Shown piece after piece: positions 56,479 to 64,000 of a DNA stretch of 64,000 bases. The notes beneath the pieces were generated by a model, which did no database searches, was not told the origin of the DNA, and saw only the letters and a list, made by a program, of their open reading frames with translations. This DNA comes from a virus. Lineage: Duplodnaviria; Heunggongvirae; Uroviricota; Caudoviricetes. Every line of letters begins with the position of its first letter. Position 1 is the first letter of the stretch. Location: the IMG/VR virus record IMGVR_UViG_3300049595_003752, positions 12,163 through 76,162 of that record; one strand, given 5' to 3'. Both the position numbers and the translations under genes were made by a program.

Positions 56479-57073
56479 AATCTTTAACATATTTTTCAAT
56501 ATTATCAGCAATGTTTTTTAAATCGGAAAGATAATTCACGTTTCCCGGGTGTTCGGTATCAAAATAATTCATCTCTTTTAAAAACTGTAAGTAATCTTCT
56601 TCTGTTTTTATTTTACTTAAACCTATATAAGTTTGGTAAAAAGCATAATCTATGACAGCGTCCTTCCAAGTATCGTAATAAGCGTGTCCGTGTTGTGACC
56701 CATTTTGTTTATTTGGTCTTTTATTAGCCTCTTTCATACCAAAAGGGTTGTGATTATCTTTCCATATTCTAGATTTAAACCCACTTTCTTTAATTGCTTG
56801 AGCAAAAACAAGATTAGGAAACTTAATATTAATTTTTTTCAGGTATTCGTAAAAATTTTTCTTACTAAAAGAGTTATTTTCAGAATCCATGTAAAGTAAA
56901 ACAACATCATTTTCCGTTATCTTTTCATTTTTACCCACTTTTACCCCTTGTTTGTAACAAATAACGCTAATTACAAAATAAAACCATATAACTGCTAATA
57001 TTACAAATAAAATAGTTTTAGGATTTATTTTAACCATTTCAAGTCCTGTTTTGTCCCATCGATAAATTTTCAT
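56477..57073 (-). CDS. Membrane-anchored peptidoglycan hydrolase, glucosaminidase (FlgJ-like) family
   Basis: N-terminal TM ILFVILAVIWFYFVISVICY, then AQAIKESGF...NPFGMK (compare AQAxxESGWG...NNLFGIK). Confidence 0.6.
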   Translation of the reverse strand: MKIYRWDKTGLEMVKINPKTILFVILAVIWFYFVISVICYKQGVKVGKNEKITENDVVLLYMDSENNSFSKKNFYEYLKKINIKFPNLVFAQAIKESGFKSRIWKDNHNPFGMKEANKRPNKQNGSQHGHAYYDTWKDAVIDYAFYQTYIGLSKIKTEEDYLQFLKEMNYFDTEHPGNVNYLSDLKNIADNIEKYVKD

Positions 57074-57116
57074 AATTTAATTTTTTTTAATTTAAACAAA
57101 TATAATCAAAATATTA

Positions 57117-57146
57117 ACAAAAAACCCCTCAAAAGAGGGGTTTTTT
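57117..57146. terminator. Intrinsic terminator downstream of the clpC-like gene
   Basis: AAAACCCCTC-aaaa-GAGGGGTTTT with T-runs on both strands. Confidence 0.65.
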
Positions 57147-57150
57147 AGTA

Positions 57151-59667
57151 TTACTTACCTTTATCTTCCTTTTTTTTAGAATTTTTAGGTTTTTTGATAT
57201 CAACTTTAACATCTTCAATTTTGGTATTGTAAGAAATTGTGATTGTATCACCAATACTAAGTTCACCCTCGAGTACTTTTTCAGAAATTGGGTCTTCTAC
57301 GTACTTTTGGATTGCTCTATTTAAAGGACGTGCTCCATATTTTTCGTCATAACCTTTTTCAACCAAATACTCTTTTAAAGTATCTTCAATTTTAAGGACA
57401 TAACCCATTTCTTTAACACGACCAACTACTTCACTTAAAGGAATATCGACAATTCTCTTAATATTTTCTTTGTCAAGTGATTTGAAAACAATAACATCGT
57501 CGATACGATTTAAAAATTCAGGTGAAAAGGCCTTCTTTAATGAATCTTGTATCACACCTTCAGCTATTTCATCGTGAGCATTATTTTTAGATTGAGTACC
57601 AAAACCCACACCAGTTCCAAACTCTTGAAGTTTACGAGCTCCTACGTTTGAAGTCATAATGATAAGACAGTTTTTAAAATCAACTTTACGACCTAAACCA
57701 TCACTTAAATGACCATCATCAAATACTTGAAGTAAAACATTAAAAACATCTGGATGTGCTTTTTCAACTTCATCTAAAAGAATTACCGAAAATGGTTTTC
57801 TTCTAATTTTTTCAGTCAACTGACCACCTTCTTCATACCCAACATAACCTGGAGGAGCCCCGATTAATTTAGATACCGTGTGTTTTTCCATATACTCAGA
57901 CATGTCAACACGAATTAAAGATTCAGGAGAACCAAAAATACTTTCAGCTAACATTTTAGCTAAGTGAGTTTTACCTACACCTGTTGGACCTAGAAACATA
58001 AAAGAACCTATCGGTTTCTTTTGGTTTTTAATACCTACACGATTACGTTTAATTGCTTTAGTAATTTTATCGATAGCATTATCTTGACCAATAACTTTAG
58101 TCTTAATTTCCTTATCCATGTTACGGAGTTTTTCATTTTCACTTTGTGAAACTTTAGTAACAGGAATACCTGTAACCATAGAAACAACTTTGGCAACATC
58201 ATCTTCATTAACAGTAGGTCTTACTCTATCAAGATTTTTGGCCCACTCATTAGTGGAATGTTCTAAATCATCTTGTAAATGTTTTTCTTCATCACGAAGT
58301 TTTGCTGCGTCTTCATAACGTTGTTGTTTTACAACTTCAATTTTTTGACGACCTACTTCAGTTATTTTTTCTTCAAGGTCAATAATTTCTTGTGGGGGTT
58401 TAATATGAACTTGCATTCTAGCCCCAACCTCATCTAAAATATCTATAGCTTTATCAGGTTGTTCACGGTCACTAATATAACGGTCAGCTAAATTAACACA
58501 AGCCTCAATAGCTTCAGTTGTATAATTCACCTTGTGATGGTCTTCATACTTATTCTTAATGTTGTTAAGAATTATAAGTGTTTCATCTTTAGAAGGTGGA
58601 TCAACCACTACCATTTGAAAACGTCTAGCCAAAGCTCCATCTTTTTCAATATTCTCACGATATTCGTCAAGGGTTGTTGCCCCAATACATTGAACTTCTC
58701 CACGAGCCAAAGCTGGTTTTAAAATATTAGAAGCGTCTAGAGAACCTGAAGCATTACCCGCTCCAACCATTGTGTGAATTTCATCAATAAAAAGAATAAC
58801 ATCATCGGCTTTTTCAAGTTCTTGCATGATACCTTTCATTCTTTCTTCAAATTGACCCCGATATTTGGTTCCAGCAACTAAAGATGCTAAATCCAAACTT
58901 ACAACACGTTTGTCAAAAAGAATACGAGGACATTTCCTCTCAACAATTTTAAGAGCTAACCCCTCAACGATTGCGGTTTTACCCACACCAGGTTCACCAA
59001 TAAGAATTGGATTGTTCTTTTTACGTCTTGAAAGAATTTGTGACACTCTCTCAATCTCATCTTCCCTTCCAATAATTGGGTCTATCTGACCTTCAGAGGC
59101 AAGTTTTGTAATGTCTCGACCAAAATTGTCAAGTACTGGGGTTGTTGATTTACCTTGAGCAGCTTTTTTAGCTTTTTTACCCAAGTCGTCGATTTCTTCA
59201 AAGTCTCCTGTCATATTCATTATTTTTTGTTTCTTTAAATGTAATAAAGTTTCTTTAAAAGTTCTATAGGTAATACCCTGATTTCCTAAAACTTTTGTAC
59301 CGTCTAACGATTTATTTTTTAAAATAGATAAAAACAAATGTTCCACACCAATAGAATCATCACGTAATTTATCAGATTCAAGTTCAGCGGAACTGATAGC
59401 GTTTTTTGATGACTCACTAAAAGGTACTATTTTTAGTTCTACAATATTAGGATTTTTTATTTTAAATCTCAAGTAACCTTCTAATTTTTCCATCAAATCG
59501 TCAACATCAGAACCCATGGCCTCTAACACCTCAATTACTTGATTATCATCAAGGTTTAAAATAGAAAGTAATAGATGTTCGGGTTTTATTTTGTTTTCAC
59601 CAAATCTTACTGATTCTTTAAAAGCCTCTTTCATTATAGCTTTTAAATTAGGCGTCATTTTTTTCAT
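57151..59667 (-). CDS. clpC: ClpC/ClpA-family AAA+ unfoldase: two Clp_N repeats, two AAA modules, UVR-like linker, VGF ClpP-docking loop
   Basis: Walker A motifs GEPGVGKTA and GPTGVGKTH; YEDAAKLRDEE UVR-like; FGTGVGFG; start placed at MKKMTPNLK (the ORF track extends to 59730). Confidence 0.85.
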   Translation of the reverse strand: MKKMTPNLKAIMKEAFKESVRFGENKIKPEHLLLSILNLDDNQVIEVLEAMGSDVDDLMEKLEGYLRFKIKNPNIVELKIVPFSESSKNAISSAELESDKLRDDSIGVEHLFLSILKNKSLDGTKVLGNQGITYRTFKETLLHLKKQKIMNMTGDFEEIDDLGKKAKKAAQGKSTTPVLDNFGRDITKLASEGQIDPIIGREDEIERVSQILSRRKKNNPILIGEPGVGKTAIVEGLALKIVERKCPRILFDKRVVSLDLASLVAGTKYRGQFEERMKGIMQELEKADDVILFIDEIHTMVGAGNASGSLDASNILKPALARGEVQCIGATTLDEYRENIEKDGALARRFQMVVVDPPSKDETLIILNNIKNKYEDHHKVNYTTEAIEACVNLADRYISDREQPDKAIDILDEVGARMQVHIKPPQEIIDLEEKITEVGRQKIEVVKQQRYEDAAKLRDEEKHLQDDLEHSTNEWAKNLDRVRPTVNEDDVAKVVSMVTGIPVTKVSQSENEKLRNMDKEIKTKVIGQDNAIDKITKAIKRNRVGIKNQKKPIGSFMFLGPTGVGKTHLAKMLAESIFGSPESLIRVDMSEYMEKHTVSKLIGAPPGYVGYEEGGQLTEKIRRKPFSVILLDEVEKAHPDVFNVLLQVFDDGHLSDGLGRKVDFKNCLIIMTSNVGARKLQEFGTGVGFGTQSKNNAHDEIAEGVIQDSLKKAFSPEFLNRIDDVIVFKSLDKENIKRIVDIPLSEVVGRVKEMGYVLKIEDTLKEYLVEKGYDEKYGARPLNRAIQKYVEDPISEKVLEGELSIGDTITISYNTKIEDVKVDIKKPKNSKKKEDKGK

Positions 59668-59777
59668 TTTCCTAACTTTATTTAAATGAAATATATTTAA
59701 AAATAAGGGAAAGAAAAGTTTACAGAACAATTCCCTTTTATTGGTAAAATTATTAGTTTTAAATAAAAATTAGACAT

Positions 59778-59969
59778 ATGTTATACAAAAAACTTACACT
59801 TTGGATTAAAGACAATGGTTCTGTAATCGCTTTAGAATATCACAGGGTTATGGTGACAGTATCTGGTGATTACATGATACTTTCACTTCATAATGATGAT
59901 AGTACAGAAGTTACTACTGAGGTACACCATTTAAGTACCATAAAGAATTGGAAAACTTACATTAATTAA
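59778..59969 (+). CDS. Small hypothetical protein
   Basis: 63 aa ORF. Confidence 0.4.
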   Translation: MLYKKLTLWIKDNGSVIALEYHRVMVTVSGDYMILSLHNDDSTEVTTEVHHLSTIKNWKTYIN

Positions 59970-60289
59970 TGTTTATAGAAAGAAATGAAAAAGACGGGGT
60001 AATTTCCTGTCTTTTTAAATCATCCAATATCTTGGCATCAGATTATAATCAAGAAAAAAAAGAATTAACTATAATCTTTAACGCAGGACGTAGATATACA
60101 TATTCTGATGTTAATCACAAAGATTACCATCGTTTTGAAATGGCTGAGAGTCAAGGTCAATTTTTCAATAAGTACATTAAAAAGTACCCAACAAAGAAAA
60201 ATAGTGATATTAACCCAGCAGAATTGTTAAACAGAGTAACAGAAATTTTAAATGAGCAAAATAGAACAACAATACCTAAATCTTCTTAA
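59969..60289 (+). CDS. KTSC-domain-like protein
   Basis: SSNILASDYNQEKKELTIIFNAGRRYTYSDVNHKDYHRFEMAESQGQFFNKYIK fits my recollection of the KTSC consensus. Confidence 0.45.
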   Translation: MFIERNEKDGVISCLFKSSNILASDYNQEKKELTIIFNAGRRYTYSDVNHKDYHRFEMAESQGQFFNKYIKKYPTKKNSDINPAELLNRVTEILNEQNRTTIPKSS

Positions 60290-60326
60290 AGATATCTTAG
60301 AAAATGGAACAAGAAAAAATGGATGA
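60252..60326 (+). pseudogene. 24-codon remnant of a second thymidylate synthase N-terminus
   Basis: MSKIEQQYLNLLKDILENGTRKNG* versus ThyA MNKLDLDYQNLLRDILENGTKKETRNGG; diverged at the nucleotide level. Confidence 0.5.
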
Positions 60327-60433
60327 AAAATACTTAGAAGATAACATGGATATGATATTTGGTACTGAATGTATAAACGGTAGTTTTAGTGTAAATCTTC
60401 GTAAAAAATTAGAAAATAATGTAGTAGAAAAAG

Positions 60434-61210
60434 ATGATAGAACATATTTATCTAATAAAGAAAAATATGGTAATATACAAGACTACAAATTTGGTGAATG
60501 ATAAAATCTATATCGGACAAGACAAAAACAATAACCCAAATTATTTAGGTTCTGGTAAAAAATTAAAAAGAGCTATTAAAAAATACGGTAAAAATAATTT
60601 TTTAAAAGAGGTTATTGAAATTTGTGATAGTGAAGAGTTACTAAATGAAAGGGAGATTTTTTGGATATCTTATTATAAATCAACAGATAGAAAAACAGGT
60701 TATAACATAAGTGACGGTAGTAAAGAAGGTGATAGAAGATTAGGGTATAATTCTCTTATAAAAAAAGGTAGGTATAAAACTTGGTTAGAAAAATACGGTA
60801 AAGAGGAGGCTGATAGAAAACATCATGAATGGAAACAAAAAATATCCGATTATCAAAAAATAAAAATGTTAAATGGTTGGTCTCACACTGAAGAGGTTAG
60901 AAAAAAAATCTCAGAAGCACAAAAAGGTAAAATTCTTACTCAAGAAACAAGAGATAAGATGAGAAAACCAAAACCAAATGGGTTTTCAGAAACCATATCA
61001 AAAATTAAAAAAGGTGTGCCTTTAGGACCTTCAAAAAGAAGAAAACCGGTTGACCAATTTGATTTAAAATGGAATTATATTAAAACTTGGGAGAGTATAA
61101 GTAAAGTTGAACAAGAGTTGAGAATTTATAACATAAACGCGGTCTGTAAAGATAAACAAGATACTGCCGGTGGGTATAGATGGAAATATAGTATAAAAGA
61201 AAATGAATAA
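60434..61210 (+). CDS. GIY-YIG homing endonuclease with NUMOD3-like DNA-binding repeats
   Basis: MVIYKTTNLVNDKIYIGQ...YLGSG...REIFWISYY; EVRKKISEAQKGK / ETRDKMRKPK repeats; C-terminal AGGYRWKY; alternative start at 60467; overlaps the thyA start by 8 nt. Confidence 0.75.
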   Translation: MIEHIYLIKKNMVIYKTTNLVNDKIYIGQDKNNNPNYLGSGKKLKRAIKKYGKNNFLKEVIEICDSEELLNEREIFWISYYKSTDRKTGYNISDGSKEGDRRLGYNSLIKKGRYKTWLEKYGKEEADRKHHEWKQKISDYQKIKMLNGWSHTEEVRKKISEAQKGKILTQETRDKMRKPKPNGFSETISKIKKGVPLGPSKRRKPVDQFDLKWNYIKTWESISKVEQELRIYNINAVCKDKQDTAGGYRWKYSIKENE

Positions 61211-62447
61211 ATTAGATTTAGATTACCAAAACCTATTAAGAGATATATTAGAGAATGGTACAAAAAAAGAAACTAGAAATGGTGGCACTATCTCAGTATT
61301 TGGAAGACAACTCCGACATGATTTTCGGGACGGATTTCCTCTACTCACCACCAAGCGAATGGCTTTTAAAGCGATTGTCACCGAGTTATTATGGTTTCTT
61401 AGAGGAGACACAAACATCAAATACTTAGTTGACAACAATTGTCATATTTGGGATGGTGATGCTTATAAGAACTTTGAAAAGAGATATTATAAAGAGATTT
61501 TTAATTATGAAACGGGTTCTCATAATAGATTAATGAGTTTAGATGAATTCATACTCAATATCAAAACAAATGATGAGTTTGCTAATAAGTGGGGTGATTT
61601 AGGTCCAATTTATGGTAAGCAATGGAGAAGTTGGGAAGGTGTAATAAAAAAACAATTAACATCTATAAGCTATGAAATGAATTGGGGTAGTCTTGACCAA
61701 ATCACAAACCTAATCAATGACCTTAAAACAAATCCAGACTCAAGACGATTAATGGTTAATGCTTGGAATGTAGGTGAATTAGACCAAATGGTACTTCCAC
61801 CTTGTCATTATGGATTTCAAGTTTATACAAGAGAGTTGAGTTTAGAAGAGAGAAAACAAATCTTCGATGACAGAGGCTATGTTTGTGATTTATGGCCTTT
61901 TAATGGTGATTGGCACGGTGAGTATGATGGTTTTGGAATACCTAGTAGAGCAATCTCATTAATGTGGAATCAACGTTCAGTAGATACATTCTTAGGTTTA
62001 CCATTCAACATTGCTTCTTATGGATTGTTATTAGAGATAATCGCTAAAGCAGTCAACATGATTCCTGATGAATTGATTGGTAATTTAGGTGATGTACATT
62101 TATATTCAAATCATGTTGAACAAGCTAAGGAACAGATTGGTAGAGATTATTCAGTTGGAGAAAGATTAGAATTTTTATCTGAAAAAAAACCTGACTTTAA
62201 TCCTGAAACCGCTTTTGGTATTACAAAACACATTGATAGTTATTGTCATTATGTTATTGACGATTACAGTATTCCTAGAAGAACAAGGGAACCTTATCCA
62301 CTACCTAAACTAAATATTAATTCAGGTAACGAAAATTGGCATCTATTAGATATTGATGATATTATAAATTCTTTAGATAATGAACTAACTTTTAAATTAG
62401 AAAACTATCAATCACACCCTAAAATATCAGCACCTTTAAGTAATTAA
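61203..62447 (+). CDS. thyA: Thymidylate synthase (ThyA) with three insertions (414 aa)
   Basis: Collinear with E. coli ThyA: FPLLTTKR, LLWFLRGDTN, DLGPIYGKQWR, DQI..LI..LK.NPDSRR, LPPCH, LGLPFNIASY (Asn gives dUMP specificity), HLYSNH, EPYPLPKL. Confidence 0.85.
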   Translation: MNKLDLDYQNLLRDILENGTKKETRNGGTISVFGRQLRHDFRDGFPLLTTKRMAFKAIVTELLWFLRGDTNIKYLVDNNCHIWDGDAYKNFEKRYYKEIFNYETGSHNRLMSLDEFILNIKTNDEFANKWGDLGPIYGKQWRSWEGVIKKQLTSISYEMNWGSLDQITNLINDLKTNPDSRRLMVNAWNVGELDQMVLPPCHYGFQVYTRELSLEERKQIFDDRGYVCDLWPFNGDWHGEYDGFGIPSRAISLMWNQRSVDTFLGLPFNIASYGLLLEIIAKAVNMIPDELIGNLGDVHLYSNHVEQAKEQIGRDYSVGERLEFLSEKKPDFNPETAFGITKHIDSYCHYVIDDYSIPRRTREPYPLPKLNINSGNENWHLLDIDDIINSLDNELTFKLENYQSHPKISAPLSN

Positions 62448-62450
62448 ATT

Positions 62451-62771
62451 ATGTCAAAAAGAAGAGCAAAATACCAAAAAATAATTAAAGAATGGAATGA
62501 AGCTACACCACAAGAAATATGGGAAGGCATCAGAGACAATTTTACTTTTGGTTTCATAGGTGCAACACTTGTTGTATTTATAGCATTAAAAATAGATATA
62601 GCCGTTTTAGTTGGTTACTTATCTTATTACATGTTTATGGGTAAAATAGTAAACAGACCTAAATATGTAACTGATTTAGGACAACTTATAGTATTCCCAG
62701 TACCATCCGCTTTAGGGGCATTTACTGGTTATAAACTATCATACGCTTTAATTCAACTTTTAACTTATTAA
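62451..62771 (+). CDS. Membrane protein
   Basis: Two or more hydrophobic segments. Confidence 0.45.
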   Translation: MSKRRAKYQKIIKEWNEATPQEIWEGIRDNFTFGFIGATLVVFIALKIDIAVLVGYLSYYMFMGKIVNRPKYVTDLGQLIVFPVPSALGAFTGYKLSYALIQLLTY

Positions 62772-62782
62772 AAATATAAAAT

Positions 62783-62986
62783 ATGGAAAATAAAAAATAC
62801 GAGGCTGGTTCAGTTAATACAGCTGAAATTAAAGAAACAATAAAATCAATTGAGGTATTAACTTCTCAGTATAAAAAAAGAAGATTAAATACTGAAAACT
62901 ACATTAAGTTAATACACGAAAATTTGTCTAACTTAACAAATCAAAGAAACTATAGGGAATATTTAAATAAAATCGGACAAAATTAA
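62783..62986 (+). CDS. Small hypothetical protein
   Basis: 67 aa ORF. Confidence 0.4.
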   Translation: MENKKYEAGSVNTAEIKETIKSIEVLTSQYKKRRLNTENYIKLIHENLSNLTNQRNYREYLNKIGQN

Positions 62987-62987
62987 T

Positions 62988-63224
62988 ATGTTCATACAAA
63001 TTTTACCTGACGAATTAATAGAGGAGTTCAGAGCTCCTTGGAAACAACAATTGATTAAAAATCTACACATAGATTATGCGACTAATGCGATACATGGTTG
63101 GTTTGAAGACAAAGAAGTTATTATTTTTAGATTTAAAGATTATGGTTGGGTTATGGATAATAGAAATTCTGGGTATAAAATATCAAATGGTGGTGCCGGA
63201 ATTTTAATTTGTGTAAAAACTTAA
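62988..63224 (+). CDS. Small hypothetical protein
   Basis: 78 aa ORF. Confidence 0.4.
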   Translation: MFIQILPDELIEEFRAPWKQQLIKNLHIDYATNAIHGWFEDKEVIIFRFKDYGWVMDNRNSGYKISNGGAGILICVKT

Positions 63225-63236
63225 ATATTTATAATT

Positions 63237-63488
63237 ATGAAAAAAATTTATTATCTAATCATATTTTTAGGGTTTTATAGTTGTACACCTAAGTACAAAG
63301 AATTATTTGACCTAAAATATAAAGAACATGAGTCTTTGAAGAAAAAATACGAAAGTTTACATTACGAGTACATAACAATAAAAGACGAAAAAGAATACTT
63401 AAGAGACCAATGTAGAGTTTTCTATATGGAAAAAGAAAACCTTAACTTTAAAATAGATTCTTTGAAAAAAGTTATATCAGGAAAATAA
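63237..63488 (+). CDS. Small lipoprotein
   Basis: MKKIYYLIIFLGFYSC lipobox. Confidence 0.4.
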   Translation: MKKIYYLIIFLGFYSCTPKYKELFDLKYKEHESLKKKYESLHYEYITIKDEKEYLRDQCRVFYMEKENLNFKIDSLKKVISGK

Positions 63489-63564
63489 AAAAGATATTAT
63501 TATATTTGAAAAAAATTGGTGATGCTCAAATAAGAATGATGTTACATTCTGGTTGGGGTAAGTT

Positions 63565-63990
63565 TTAAATTTGTTGATAAACTTTAACGTCATATATTGT
63601 TAAACAAGGTCTGTCATCAGCAGTAACTTCAGATTTTGTTTTATAAAAAAATACAGGACCTTCCGTATAGGCAATATATCGAAGGTCTTTTGTTTGCTCA
63701 TCATAACCTAAAAATAAAACTTTAATATCTTCATATCCGTATTTAGTTAATATTTTTTTAACCAAATACTTTAAATCAGCACCAGTACATTCTATTGATT
63801 CTAACTTAGTTGCAATATCCTCAATATTAAAGTCGTTGATACGAGTTTCAATTAATTTCTTAAGTTGATGTTCTTTTAGTATGATTTTTCTCTTCATTTT
63901 ATTACAATAATCTGTTTCTTTTGATATTACGATTAACCTTACTACAAAGTGGCTGTAAATTTGTGTAATGAAATAATTGTAATAACTCAT
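63565..63990 (-). CDS. Hypothetical protein
   Basis: 141 aa ORF. Confidence 0.45.
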   Translation of the reverse strand: MSYYNYFITQIYSHFVVRLIVISKETDYCNKMKRKIILKEHQLKKLIETRINDFNIEDIATKLESIECTGADLKYLVKKILTKYGYEDIKVLFLGYDEQTKDLRYIAYTEGPVFFYKTKSEVTADDRPCLTIYDVKVYQQI

Positions 63991-64000
63991 CTTTAGTCTT

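Noticed and set aside
57151-59730. ClpB disaggregase
   Set aside because: The middle region is about 60 aa with a UVR-like motif, not the ~120-aa ClpB coiled-coil. A VGF ClpP-docking loop is present, so ClpC/ClpA-type is more likely.
60252-62447. thyA split by a group I intron carrying the GIY-YIG gene (T4 td-like)
   Set aside because: The downstream thyA has its own ATG and a complete N-terminus that duplicates the upstream fragment. No recognisable group I core (P7 or G-binding site) was seen by eye. A free-standing HEG with a duplicated 5-prime remnant fits better, though it is not excluded without structure modelling.
61203-62447. dCMP hydroxymethylase instead of thymidylate synthase
   Set aside because: The residue equivalent to E. 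coli TS Asn177 is Asn (LGLPFN). dCMP hydroxymethylases carry Asp there.

Overview
This window is AT-rich (about 30% GC), densely packed, mostly plus-strand coding DNA from a large tailed dsDNA bacteriophage. Genes are separated by hairpin plus T-run intrinsic terminators. Many start codons sit 4-30 nt downstream of a TAnnTTTG box (TATATTTG or TATCTTTG), the -7 element of Bacteroidetes sigma-A promoters. The host is therefore most likely a Bacteroidetes (Flavobacteriia-like) bacterium, and many transcripts may be leaderless or short-leader. Recognisable functions are: an M15 peptidase endolysin with an adjacent holin-like gene, a GH19 lysozyme with a PG-binding domain, and a membrane-anchored glucosaminidase; a ClpC-like AAA+ unfoldase; a UvdE UV-damage endonuclease; an ATP-dependent DNA ligase; a DHH phosphoesterase; a P-loop RecA-like ATPase; a DUF3310 protein; a ferritin-like protein; a class II aaRS-like (AsnA/EpmA-like) ligase; an RNA-repair module made of a HAD 3-phosphatase, an Rnl1-type RNA ligase and a P-loop polynucleotide kinase; and a thymidylate synthase with three large inserts, preceded by a GIY-YIG homing endonuclease and a 24-codon duplicated thyA 5-prime remnant. 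The rest is small hypothetical genes: zinc ribbons, lipoproteins and tiny membrane peptides. The most unusual content is an expanded set of paralogous and modular proteins. A 4-5 member family carries the motifs SGNNKYLDW and ASCxYGxxTKWC. A second group shares an N-terminal MKNLIRQILRE-type decapeptide, and its modules are separated by DIFNQLNES junctions. Both fit an (L/I)xE processing or capsid-targeting signal like that of the T4 internal proteins, which would make this a candidate arsenal of packaged or ejected proteins. Also notable are a 650-bp GC-enriched ORF-free block that may be a structured RNA, a 160-bp GC-rich island next to TTTCCGGAAA palindromes, and a small-gene region with a recurring 40-bp intergenic cassette and GTTATAAC palindromes.
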